A DNA stretch of 26,775 nt, taken from Halalkalibacterium halodurans (lineage in GTDB: Bacteria; Bacillota; Bacilli; Bacillales; Bacillaceae_D). Below the pieces are notes generated by a model. That model had not been told where the DNA came from. It was given only the letters and a program-made list of their open reading frames with translations, and searched no databases. Positions within the stretch are counted from its first letter, which is position 1; each line of letters starts with the position of its first letter. The stretch lies in contig NZ_SNUY01000041.1 of the NCBI RefSeq assembly GCF_004376175.1, forward strand, positions 1-26,775. The letters are read 5' to 3'. This document shows, in pieces, positions 18,212 to 25,342 of this stretch. The position numbers and the translations under genes are program-made.

Positions 18212-18987
18212 TCATTCTTTTGCTCTATCGGTGCATAAAAAATCGTTCTGCCTAAAGTCTCTAATCTTTTCTTAATGGCTGAATCTAGGTTTATATCCGT
18301 AATGATTTCATCGACCTCTTCGATGGTGGCAAACTGAATTAATCCAACCTTTTCGAACTTGGTCGAGTCAACGAGAAGAGTAACCCGTTCAGCGCAGCGA
18401 AGTACTTGCTTTTTCCATTCCACATGCAGGCTGTTAAGCACAGTCAATCCGTGCTCAATTGAAATACCGGTTGCTCCAAAAAATAAGCGATTGACGCGAA
18501 TACGCTTTAAGAGCTCGGAAGACTCTGGGCTAAAGAGTGAAGATGAAGTCCCGATACGTGTTCCACCAAGGACCATTAATTGTACTTTCTCTTTAGAGAT
18601 CAATTCCGCAGCAATCCTTACATCATTCGTAATGATCGTGACTGGAAACGCCCCTAATTGCTTTGCAACTGCAAGGGTCGTGCTTCCTCCATCCATAAGA
18701 ATCGTTTCATTTGGTTGAATTCGCTTGATTGCTTCACCAGCAATCGCCTGCTTCGCCAGGTTGTGCTTCGATTGTCGTTCGTTAATCGGAAAAATTCGCC
18801 CCTCGTCATCAAGAGGCACAGCTCCCCCGTGTATCCGTTTCAGCAAACCTTTCTTTTCTAAATGGACAAGGTCGATGCGAATCGTCTTTTCACTTACCTG
18901 GAGTTCCCTGCTTAAATCTGACACTTTGACCGCTTTATTCTTTTCTAACCATTCTAGAATTTTTTCGTGACGTTCGACAGATAGCAT
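18208..18987 (-). CDS. DeoR-family transcriptional repressor (sugar-phosphate-binding C-terminal domain)
   Basis: The N-terminal DeoR HTH reads RHEKILEWLEKNKAVKVSDLSRELQVSEKTIRIDLVHLEKKGLLKRIHGGA. The C-terminal domain is DeoR/GlpR-like. SD GGAGG lies 6 nt before the ATG. Confidence 0.92.
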   Translation of the reverse strand: MLSVERHEKILEWLEKNKAVKVSDLSRELQVSEKTIRIDLVHLEKKGLLKRIHGGAVPLDDEGRIFPINERQSKHNLAKQAIAGEAIKRIQPNETILMDGGSTTLAVAKQLGAFPVTIITNDVRIAAELISKEKVQLMVLGGTRIGTSSSLFSPESSELLKRIRVNRLFFGATGISIEHGLTVLNSLHVEWKKQVLRCAERVTLLVDSTKFEKVGLIQFATIEEVDEIITDINLDSAIKKRLETLGRTIFYAPIEQKND

Positions 18988-19026
18988 CCTATTCCTCCAC
19001 TTTCGCTCGAATTCTTCCTTTCTATT

Positions 19027-19043
19027 ATCGAACTAAAACGAAC
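19027..19043 (+). promoter_or_regulatory. Second copy of the candidate DeoR operator, upstream of the DeoR gene and in inverted orientation relative to it
   Basis: ATCGAACTAAAACGAAC on the plus strand matches the kduD-promoter copy at 16 of 17 positions. It lies 40-56 nt upstream of the DeoR start. Confidence 0.45.
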
Positions 19044-19125
19044 ATTTGTAAACATAAAAGTTATTGTTTCCATTTTTCTGACGCAAGCTTGGCATCATTC
19101 TTTTTAGGAGTTAACCCCCTTAATG

Positions 19126-19157
19126 TAAAAAAGCTACACTTCATAAGAAGTACAGCT
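19126..19157 (-). terminator. Rho-independent terminator of the 237-aa gene
   Basis: On the minus strand: AGCTGTACTTC, 4-nt loop, GAAGTGTAGCT (11-bp stem with a 2-nt internal mismatch), followed by TTTTTTAC. Confidence 0.65.
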
Positions 19158-19171
19158 TTTCACTTTCCATA

Positions 19172-19885
19172 TTATTGCTCTGACATTCGTTTCGTTAACG
19201 CCTTATAGCCATTTCTCGTTAAATTGAATTCGAAATCTACGTAACCGGCTTCCACTAAGTTGTTGACGATTTCTTCTCCTAACTGCGATTCTATCTTTTT
19301 CAATTCTTCATTAATAGCTGATATGTCTCCAGACATGATCAATTCTGAGTCAAGATGTTGCACGAGCTCTTTCATCGGGTCCACTTTAATAAAATATTTT
19401 TTCGTATCTAGAACCGCTTGTTGAATTCGATTTTTCGCGGAAATAAGATCTTTCATCAAGGTCGACATTTCCGAATCTTTTTCCTTCATTTTTGACCGAT
19501 ATTGATTTTTCTCTGCCTCATCTAGTTGAGCCTTCGTTAGCAACTCTTCGAAGAGCTGAGTTCGGTCCAAGTCCACTTGTTCGAGACGTTGGCTAATCTC
19601 TTTTTCGTAGATAATCGTTGGTTGTTCTTCACCGGCCTCGTCCGTCTCAACCTCCCCAACTGATTGTTCAACCTCCTTATCACTCTTGCTCTTAGCTACA
19701 TTCATTTGAATCGAAACAGTGAGGACTCCAAGCCATACGAGAACAAGGACGCGAAACACTATATCGAACCGAACGGCAAATGTTAACATAACAGCGGCCA
19801 CCACAAACATTCCTACAAGCACGCTCCAATCACCGAGCCTCTCAGGTTTTGTTAGTCGCTGAATGAACGATTTTGATCCTTTCAT
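19172..19885 (-). CDS. Orphan membrane-anchored coiled-coil protein, 237 aa, function unknown
   Basis: There are two predicted N-terminal TM helices (WSVLVGMFVVAAVMLTFAV and IVFRVLVLVWLGVLTVSI), an acidic linker and a heptad-rich K/E segment. The C-terminal segment LVEAGYVDFEFNLTRNGYKAL resembles a winged-helix recognition/wing element. SD AAAGGAG lies 10 nt before the ATG. Confidence 0.7.
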   Translation of the reverse strand: MKGSKSFIQRLTKPERLGDWSVLVGMFVVAAVMLTFAVRFDIVFRVLVLVWLGVLTVSIQMNVAKSKSDKEVEQSVGEVETDEAGEEQPTIIYEKEISQRLEQVDLDRTQLFEELLTKAQLDEAEKNQYRSKMKEKDSEMSTLMKDLISAKNRIQQAVLDTKKYFIKVDPMKELVQHLDSELIMSGDISAINEELKKIESQLGEEIVNNLVEAGYVDFEFNLTRNGYKALTKRMSEQ

Positions 19886-19984
19886 TTGAACTGTACTCCT
19901 TTTGTATGGACTATACTTTTAATACTATTGTTAAACGTTATTATTCTATCATATTTTTCGTATAAGGGTCTTTCTGTTTTTTTC

Positions 19985-19998
19985 TGGTTGTACAACCA
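19985..19998. promoter_or_regulatory. Perfect 14-bp palindrome TGGTTGT/ACAACCA upstream of the LysE-family gene; candidate operator
   Basis: Read directly. It lies 58 nt upstream of the GTG start at 20056, in a 170-bp divergent intergenic region. Confidence 0.25.
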
Positions 19999-20055
19999 TC
20001 AAATGATGAATACATATGGGAATAGAAGAAGGACAGGTTTGGTGGTGATTTAATC

Positions 20056-20685
20056 GTGGCCATTTTTATGAGTTATGTTTTATTAGGTTTATCGTTAGCT
20101 GCTCCAATCGGACCCGTGAATGCTACTCAGCTAGATAGGGGAATTAAAAACGGTTTTTTTCACGCCTGGCTTGTTGGATTAGGAGCCATAACGGCTGATG
20201 TGATCTACATGCTCCTCGTATTTTTCGGCCTTGTGCACTTTTTGCAACTCCCGTTTATGCAAACTTTTCTTTGGCTTTTTGGCTTTTTTGTACTAGTCTA
20301 TACAGGGATCGAAACGATCAGCTCAGTAAATCATTTAAAGGAAGCAACGAATATGAGGACAAGTGAAACGTGCCGAAAATCATTTATATATGGCTTTCTC
20401 ATGTCCATTTCAAACCCATTAACGATTTTGTTCTGGCTCGGTATTTTTGGCTCTGTTTTAGCCAAAACGGCTTCCGTATACGGACCTGCACAGCTAATTT
20501 TTTATAGCAGTGCGATTTTAATTGGTTTGCTGCTGTGGGATGTAGCGATGGCAGGAATCGCGAGCGGGGCAAGGCATATGCTTACACCTGCCCGCCTCAA
20601 AATCGTTTCTATCCTATCTGGTCTTACTCTGATTGGGTTTGGTGTCTATTTCGGCCTTCAAGCCTGCCGGGTATTGTTCGGTTGA
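20056..20685 (+). CDS. LysE/RhtB-family amino acid exporter
   Basis: The size is about 200 aa with 5-6 TM helices. The N-terminus (LLGLSLAAPIGPVNA) is typical of the LysE family. GTG start follows GGTGGTGA at 7 nt. Confidence 0.85.
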   Translation: MAIFMSYVLLGLSLAAPIGPVNATQLDRGIKNGFFHAWLVGLGAITADVIYMLLVFFGLVHFLQLPFMQTFLWLFGFFVLVYTGIETISSVNHLKEATNMRTSETCRKSFIYGFLMSISNPLTILFWLGIFGSVLAKTASVYGPAQLIFYSSAILIGLLLWDVAMAGIASGARHMLTPARLKIVSILSGLTLIGFGVYFGLQACRVLFG

Positions 20686-20711
20686 TCATCATTCAGAATT
20701 TGGTTTTAACT

Positions 20712-22055
20712 TCACAAATATGGAAGAGCGTTTTTTTCATCGCCCTCCTCTTGCTTCCAGCGCTTTTTCATTATGAGGGTCACAATTCCGATTACAACTA
20801 AAAACCCAAGACTAAACAAAAAACCCGACCTACTTGTTCGGTGAAACAACGTCCCGATTACAGCTAACAAAATGAACAAGGTGCCAATCCAACGCTTCGT
20901 TAAACTGTATTGAATTAATTTCCCTGACGAGGCGATGATAAATAGCCAGTTATATAAGAGCATGAGTCCCGCTGCCGTCGTAAAATATTCGTAAATTCGA
21001 CCGGGGATAAGCAACGACAACACGACGGATAACGCCATCCCGATCGCCGTTAGTCCGATGGCTGGGAGAGCTATTTTATTTTTTACTTTTTTGGCAAACA
21101 GATTAGGGGCATCTTTATCTGCGGCCAATGTCACTAAAATACTCGTCACAGCAAATAAAGAGGCTACCATAGTAGAAAAGCCAGCAATAATCAAGACGCC
21201 ATTAAACAAATGGGACACGATCGGTAAACCGTATGGCTTCAATGCAGTAATAAATGGACTTGTCTCCGTATTAAAGCGATTGAGGGGGACGAGAATGAGG
21301 GCCAGTCCAACAGAAACGACGTATAGAAACGTAAGCAACAGCAGCATGGCACGCCCTGATTTTGCTGCATCCCCTTTTTCCTCCAAACGATTGGCAAGCA
21401 ACCCCATAATTTCAATCCCGCCAAAGGCATAAAAACCGAAAATGAGGGCTGGCCAGAGTCCAAGAAACCCTTCAGGAAATAAACCGTTCCAAGTCCTCGG
21501 TATACCTGCACCTTCAGGGCCAGCGCGAAAAACCCCAAACAAAGCTAAAATGGCCAGAGCAATAAACATGACGATTGCCGCTACCTTCATAACTGCAAAC
21601 AGATTTTCGATTCTGTCAAACCCTTTCGAGCCAGTCAAAATGACGATGATGCCAAGAACGGCGAAGCCACTGGCGAAAATCCACAGCGGAACATCTGGAA
21701 ACCAGAAACGAGAAAAAATCGACAGAGCCGTTAGCTGACTCCCCATAATTAACATTTCTGAGGCCCAATACACCCATCCACTCGTAAACCCAGCCCATCG
21801 GCCGTAGGCTTTTTTAGCATAAGAACGAAACGATCCTTTCTCAGGGTCAGCAGACGTCATTTGTGCCAATGCATCAAAAACAATATATGTACCGATTCCT
21901 GCTAAAATAAATGCGAGCAATACAGACGGGCCGGCCATCTGGATCGCAATGCTCGAACCAAGAAAAAAGCCTGTTCCAATGATACAGCCGACCCCAAGGA
22001 GAGAGAGTTCCCACCACTTTAGCATTTTTTCAGATTCAGCCTGACTCGCCTTCAT
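20712..22055 (-). CDS. APC-superfamily amino acid permease
   Basis: The protein is 447 aa with 12 TM helices. The N-terminal motif is GVGCIIGTGFFLGS. AAGGAGGGGA lies 6 nt before the ATG and directly follows the stop of the upstream small ORF. Confidence 0.9.
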   Translation of the reverse strand: MKASQAESEKMLKWWELSLLGVGCIIGTGFFLGSSIAIQMAGPSVLLAFILAGIGTYIVFDALAQMTSADPEKGSFRSYAKKAYGRWAGFTSGWVYWASEMLIMGSQLTALSIFSRFWFPDVPLWIFASGFAVLGIIVILTGSKGFDRIENLFAVMKVAAIVMFIALAILALFGVFRAGPEGAGIPRTWNGLFPEGFLGLWPALIFGFYAFGGIEIMGLLANRLEEKGDAAKSGRAMLLLLTFLYVVSVGLALILVPLNRFNTETSPFITALKPYGLPIVSHLFNGVLIIAGFSTMVASLFAVTSILVTLAADKDAPNLFAKKVKNKIALPAIGLTAIGMALSVVLSLLIPGRIYEYFTTAAGLMLLYNWLFIIASSGKLIQYSLTKRWIGTLFILLAVIGTLFHRTSRSGFLFSLGFLVVIGIVTLIMKKRWKQEEGDEKNALPYL

Positions 22056-22069
22056 TTGGGCTCCCCTCC

Positions 22070-22426
22070 TTATTTTCCAGATTCGCTATCGATGTCAAGC
22101 TGAAGAGTTTCTCCACCAACCGAAATGGACGTATACAAATCACAATCGTTGAATGTCGCTTGCAACCCTTGAATATACGGCTTCACCACATCGTGAAAAT
22201 CCCCTTTTGCTCCCACTTCTTGCAGATGACCGTAAACATAAAGGTTGGTGTCGAACTGAAGATAAGCTAAATAACCAATCGCTTCTTCTTTATCGGTGAT
22301 CACATTCAGCACTTGCGCATCCGCTTTTATCATCTCTGGTGCCAAAAACAATTGCACAGCCATCTCCCTTTCTGAGATGTTATTTTCATTCTCCTGTTTA
22401 GCATGGTTGGACGTTGCAAAAATCAT
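22070..22426 (-). CDS. Small hypothetical protein co-transcribed with the APC permease (maximal ORF 118 aa; SD-supported start gives about 95 aa)
   Basis: The ATG at 22426 has no SD. AAAGGGAG lies 6 nt before the GTG at 22357 (VQLFLAPEM...). The stop is 14 nt before the permease ATG. Confidence 0.55.
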   Translation of the reverse strand: MIFATSNHAKQENENNISEREMAVQLFLAPEMIKADAQVLNVITDKEEAIGYLAYLQFDTNLYVYGHLQEVGAKGDFHDVVKPYIQGLQATFNDCDLYTSISVGGETLQLDIDSESGK

Positions 22427-22633
22427 TCATGACCCGATCAAGAAAACTTGACAAGTGGCAGAAAGGATTAGCTGTACTTCTCTTAAAACTTCCCATTAGT
22501 ACGTGGACTTGTGTATTCGTATGATGAGGCTAGCTCAAGGGATGGAAGCCAACGCTAATAAGCACTTTCATTTATTTGGCGAAAATTGATTGAAAAATAC
22601 AGTGCAGCCTGGTCGATGGCTCCATGAATCAAC

Positions 22634-22676
22634 AAAAAAAGGTTCGGAGCATTTTATTTTGATGGTCCGAACCTTT
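22634..22676. terminator. Rho-independent terminator of the DUF59 gene (and of the mhq-like gene string)
   Basis: GGTTCGGA (22641-22648), 17-nt loop, TCCGAACC (22666-22673). The minus strand follows with TTTTTTT and the plus strand with TTTTATATT. Confidence 0.65.
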
Positions 22677-22718
22677 TATATTACATTTGGCTAGTTTTTG
22701 TCCCAATCTCAATCAAAA

Positions 22719-23054
22719 TTAGTCAGCGACTCCCAAGGCAATCTTGGCATAGCGTGACATTTTGTCTTTTGTCCATGGTGGATTCCACACGATGTTTACA
22801 TCTACGTCTCCAATTTCCTTTAGTTCTTGTAATTCTGAGAGGGTTTGCTTTACTTGATCGTGAATGACTCCTGCTAACGGACACCCCATGGAAGTTAATG
22901 TCATTACAACGGTCACATTCCACTCGGCATCTACAAGTATGTCATACACGAGACCGAGATTGACGATATCAATTCCAAGTTCAGGATCGATCACATTTTC
23001 CAATTGGGCCATGACCCGATCCTTCGTTTCTTGTATTTCTTGCTCTGTTCCCAT
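22719..23054 (-). CDS. DUF59/SufT-like metal-sulfur cluster assembly factor
   Basis: DPELGIDIVNLGLVYDI and MTLTSMGCPLAG are the hallmark DUF59 motifs. GAGAGGTG lies 6 nt before the ATG at 23054. Confidence 0.88.
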   Translation of the reverse strand: MGTEQEIQETKDRVMAQLENVIDPELGIDIVNLGLVYDILVDAEWNVTVVMTLTSMGCPLAGVIHDQVKQTLSELQELKEIGDVDVNIVWNPPWTKDKMSRYAKIALGVAD

Positions 23055-23106
23055 GACAATCACCTCTCACTTTATTCTTTTCTCGATTTCCCCTCTTCCT
23101 GTCATA

Positions 23107-23721
23107 TTATGCTTCTAAAAACTGTTCGTTAAACCATTCCTTCGCTCGCTCCACCTCTTCGCGAGTTAACTGATGGCCCCCGTCAATCCATTGCTCGTAA
23201 ACATTTGCACCTGCATTCGTCAAGGTGTTGATGAGCTCCTTCGTTTCTGTTTGTGGAATAAGTGGGTCATATTTTCCAGCACCGATAAAAATCGGCATTT
23301 GCTGAAGGTCCGGTACTGTCCTGTTCCGTAATGGCACCATGGCTTTAAACAAAATGGCTCCCATCAAAGGTTGCTCGTAATGATACAGCAGGCTAACTGC
23401 GATGTTCGCACCATTAGAATAGCCGATGGCAACAAGCCGGTTACGATTAATTGCATGCTCTCTTACAGCATCATCTAAAAACTCGTGAAGCTCCTTAGTG
23501 CGGATAACTAAATCCTCTTCGTCAAATACCCCTTCCGCGATACGGCGAAAGAAACGAGGCATCCCATTTTCAAGTACGTTGCCTCTTACACCCAAAATGG
23601 AGGAGCCTGGACTTATCATTTCCGCAAGTGGGACTAAGTCATGTTCATTTCCTCCGGTCCCGTGTAATAGTAAAAGGGTCGGGGCATTTGGATCTGCCCC
23701 TTTTCGAAAAATATGCTTCAT
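23107..23721 (-). CDS. mhqD: Phospholipase/carboxylesterase-family alpha/beta hydrolase (MhqD-like)
   Basis: LLLLHGTGGNEHDL and the nucleophile elbow GYSNGAN are present. AAGGAGG lies 9 nt before the ATG at 23721 (MKHIFRKG...). The gene lies directly downstream of the ring-cleaving dioxygenase gene, as in mhqED. Confidence 0.85.
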   Translation of the reverse strand: MKHIFRKGADPNAPTLLLLHGTGGNEHDLVPLAEMISPGSSILGVRGNVLENGMPRFFRRIAEGVFDEEDLVIRTKELHEFLDDAVREHAINRNRLVAIGYSNGANIAVSLLYHYEQPLMGAILFKAMVPLRNRTVPDLQQMPIFIGAGKYDPLIPQTETKELINTLTNAGANVYEQWIDGGHQLTREEVERAKEWFNEQFLEA

Positions 23722-23737
23722 CCCGTCTCTCCTCCTT

Positions 23738-24730
23738 TTAAGATTGCGCTGTATCAAGTGGCTTTAAGTTTTTTTCAATCGTCTCACGCTGAGGCTCTAA
23801 ATATGGCGGCAAGGCTAAGCTTTCACCTAATGTTTCGAATGGTTCATCCCCTTCAAACCCTGGGCCGTCCGTGGCAAGCTCAAATAAAATGCCATTTGGC
23901 TCTCTGAAATAAAGGGAACGGAAATAATAACGTTCGACAAATCCTGAGTTTGGCAACCCGATGTTCGTAATGTAATCTACCCATTTCTCTAACTCTTCCT
24001 TAGATTCAACCCGAAATGCTACGTGATGGACGCTCCCTCTTCCTGGTCGTTCTCGACCAATATCTTTACGGGTTTCTAGGTGTACCTCAGCTCCAGTTCC
24101 ACCTTCTCCAGTTTCAAACACTTTTACATCAGGTTGACCTTCCACTAGAGACGGGTAGCTCCCTTTTTCACGATATCCCATCACATCAATTAAAATTTTC
24201 TCTGTCAGCTCAGGTCTTGAAACCGTTAGTGTAACCGGCCCAAGACCACGAATCGCATATGCTTCTGGGACAGGGCTCTCCTTCCATGGAATACCACTCG
24301 CAACGCCTTCGTTGTTTTCATCAGACACAAGCTCCAAGCGCTGACCTTCAAAATCACGGAACGCTAATGTAGCACGTCCAGTATGGTGTGAGACGCCATC
24401 ATGTTCGATGCCAAACTCGTCAAATCGCTTGAGCCAATACTGAAGTGCCTCATCGCTCGGCACTCGCAGCGACGTTTTCGTAATACTGTTCGTCCCTTGG
24501 TAAGTTTGCCCAGCATGTGGAATTTCGAAAAAGGTCAGATCAGTACCTGGGTTTCCCCGTTCATCGGCATAAAACAAATGGTACACTGACGTATCATCCT
24601 GGTTAACGGTTTTCTTAACGAGCCGCATACCTAACGTCTTTGTATAAAACGTATAGTTTTCTTTAGCTTTTGCCGTAATAGCAGAAACATGGTGTTGCCC
24701 TTTAAGTGGTTTTAATTGCATGTGTGTCAC
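23738..24730 (-). CDS. mhqE: Ring-cleaving (hydroquinone-type) dioxygenase of the VOC superfamily (MhqE/MhqA/MhqO-like)
   Basis: This is a two-module VOC protein with HHVSAIT and VHHVAFRV metal-binding motifs. Size and context match the Mhq dioxygenases. The paralogue was chosen only from adjacency to the mhqD-like gene. Confidence 0.85.
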   Translation of the reverse strand: MTHMQLKPLKGQHHVSAITAKAKENYTFYTKTLGMRLVKKTVNQDDTSVYHLFYADERGNPGTDLTFFEIPHAGQTYQGTNSITKTSLRVPSDEALQYWLKRFDEFGIEHDGVSHHTGRATLAFRDFEGQRLELVSDENNEGVASGIPWKESPVPEAYAIRGLGPVTLTVSRPELTEKILIDVMGYREKGSYPSLVEGQPDVKVFETGEGGTGAEVHLETRKDIGRERPGRGSVHHVAFRVESKEELEKWVDYITNIGLPNSGFVERYYFRSLYFREPNGILFELATDGPGFEGDEPFETLGESLALPPYLEPQRETIEKNLKPLDTAQS

Positions 24731-24738
24731 TCCTCATA

Positions 24739-24754
24739 AGTTTAAAATTAAACT
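24739..24754. promoter_or_regulatory. 7-2-7 palindrome AGTTTAA-aa-TTAAACT between the MarR stop and the dioxygenase SD
   Basis: Read directly. It is AT-rich, so chance occurrence is plausible. Confidence 0.2.
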
Positions 24755-24767
24755 GACCGCGATAAAA

Positions 24768-25154
24768 TTACGATAAACCGTTGTTTGATTTTTGCAGCTT
24801 TTTCAACAATCGTAACAGCTCTAGTTGTTCCTCATTCGTTAAGCTATCAAATTGAGCCGCTTGAAATCGTTGTTGCTCCGGGAGAACATCCGCTAGCAAG
24901 CTCTCCCCTTTCTCCGTTAACGTAATCAGTTTTGTACGCCATTCTTGCTCTCTTTTGACAAGGCCGAGCTTTTCTAGTTTTCCAAGAGCGTGAGTCATAT
25001 TACCCTTTGTTACGAGCAGACGTTCTGCTAGCTCTTGCTGGGATAATGGCTGGTGCGTTCCAATTTGAACAAGAAGGTCAAATTGGGAGATTGAAAGCCC
25101 CCACTTTTTTAAATGTTGGTTGGATCGCTTATTGCTCTGTAAGAGCTTGTTCAA
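24768..25154 (-). CDS. MarR-family (MhqR-like) regulator whose 5' end is interrupted or replaced by the IS terminus; possibly truncated or non-functional
   Basis: The winged HTH reads LSQQELAERLLVTKGNMTHALGKLEKLGLVKREQEWRTKLITLTEKG. The only in-frame start is a TTG at 25152-25154, inside the IS inverted repeat. Only about 18 residues precede the GLSISQFDLL helix. Confidence 0.65.
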   Translation of the reverse strand: MNKLLQSNKRSNQHLKKWGLSISQFDLLVQIGTHQPLSQQELAERLLVTKGNMTHALGKLEKLGLVKREQEWRTKLITLTEKGESLLADVLPEQQRFQAAQFDSLTNEEQLELLRLLKKLQKSNNGLS

Positions 25155-25159
25155 AAAGC
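25142..25159. repeat. Left terminal inverted repeat of the IS (visible part)
   Basis: AGAGCTTGTTCAAAAAGC is the exact reverse complement of 26758-26775. Confidence 0.85.
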
Positions 25160-25342
25160 ACCTTTTTAATCAAATCATAACTAGAAAATCAGTTGACTAC
25201 ACTTCCATTAATGGTAATGAAAGTAAAATAATTTCAGACAAAAAAATGTACCTTCGCCCCACTCAAAATCGCACCTAAAAAAGGGTAGACTTCTCCCTTG
25301 GACCATAGACAATTTTTTGAAAAAGGTTTGATTGGGGTTAAA

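Noticed and set aside
22427-22640. Riboswitch or T-box upstream of the small ORF / APC permease.
   Set aside because: I could not find the T-box core, the L-box AGAGGNGC-type core or any terminator/antiterminator alternative. It is kept only as a low-interest unexplained leader.
22448-22680. Possible plus-strand sRNA running from a perfect TTGACA (22448-22453) to the bidirectional hairpin at 22641-22673.
   Set aside because: No acceptable -10 hexamer lies 16-19 nt downstream of the TTGACA (gctgta, ctgtac, tgtact).
4172-23757. N-terminal extensions of several track ORFs: 5716 vs 5689, 8617 vs 8545, 9178 vs 9169, 10879 vs 10924, 13242 vs 13215, 15331 vs 15379, 23063 vs 23054, 23757 vs 23721.
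   Set aside because: In each case a strong AGGAGG-like SD sits 5-10 nt before an internal ATG, the upstream start has no SD, and the extension is not part of the conserved family N-terminus.
1152-24589. Many ORFs in the track are nested in, or antisense to, larger well-supported genes. Examples: 1152-1352, 2344-2778, 2731-3127 set, 3981-4166, 4360-4599, 5134-5415, 6659-7253 set, 7582-7777, 8225-8759 set, 9071-9565, 9414-9896 set, 10002-10538, 10950-11444 set, 12204-12485, 12932-13195, 13306-13644, 13366-14637 set, 14724-14975, 15900-16233, 16808-17023, 18359-18970 set, 20535-20801, 21058-21798 set, 22723-23118 set, 23498-23907, 24016-24589, 25597-26539 set.
   Set aside because: They overlap genes with clear family motifs, lack SD sequences where I checked, and have odd compositions. 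They are most simply shadow ORFs.
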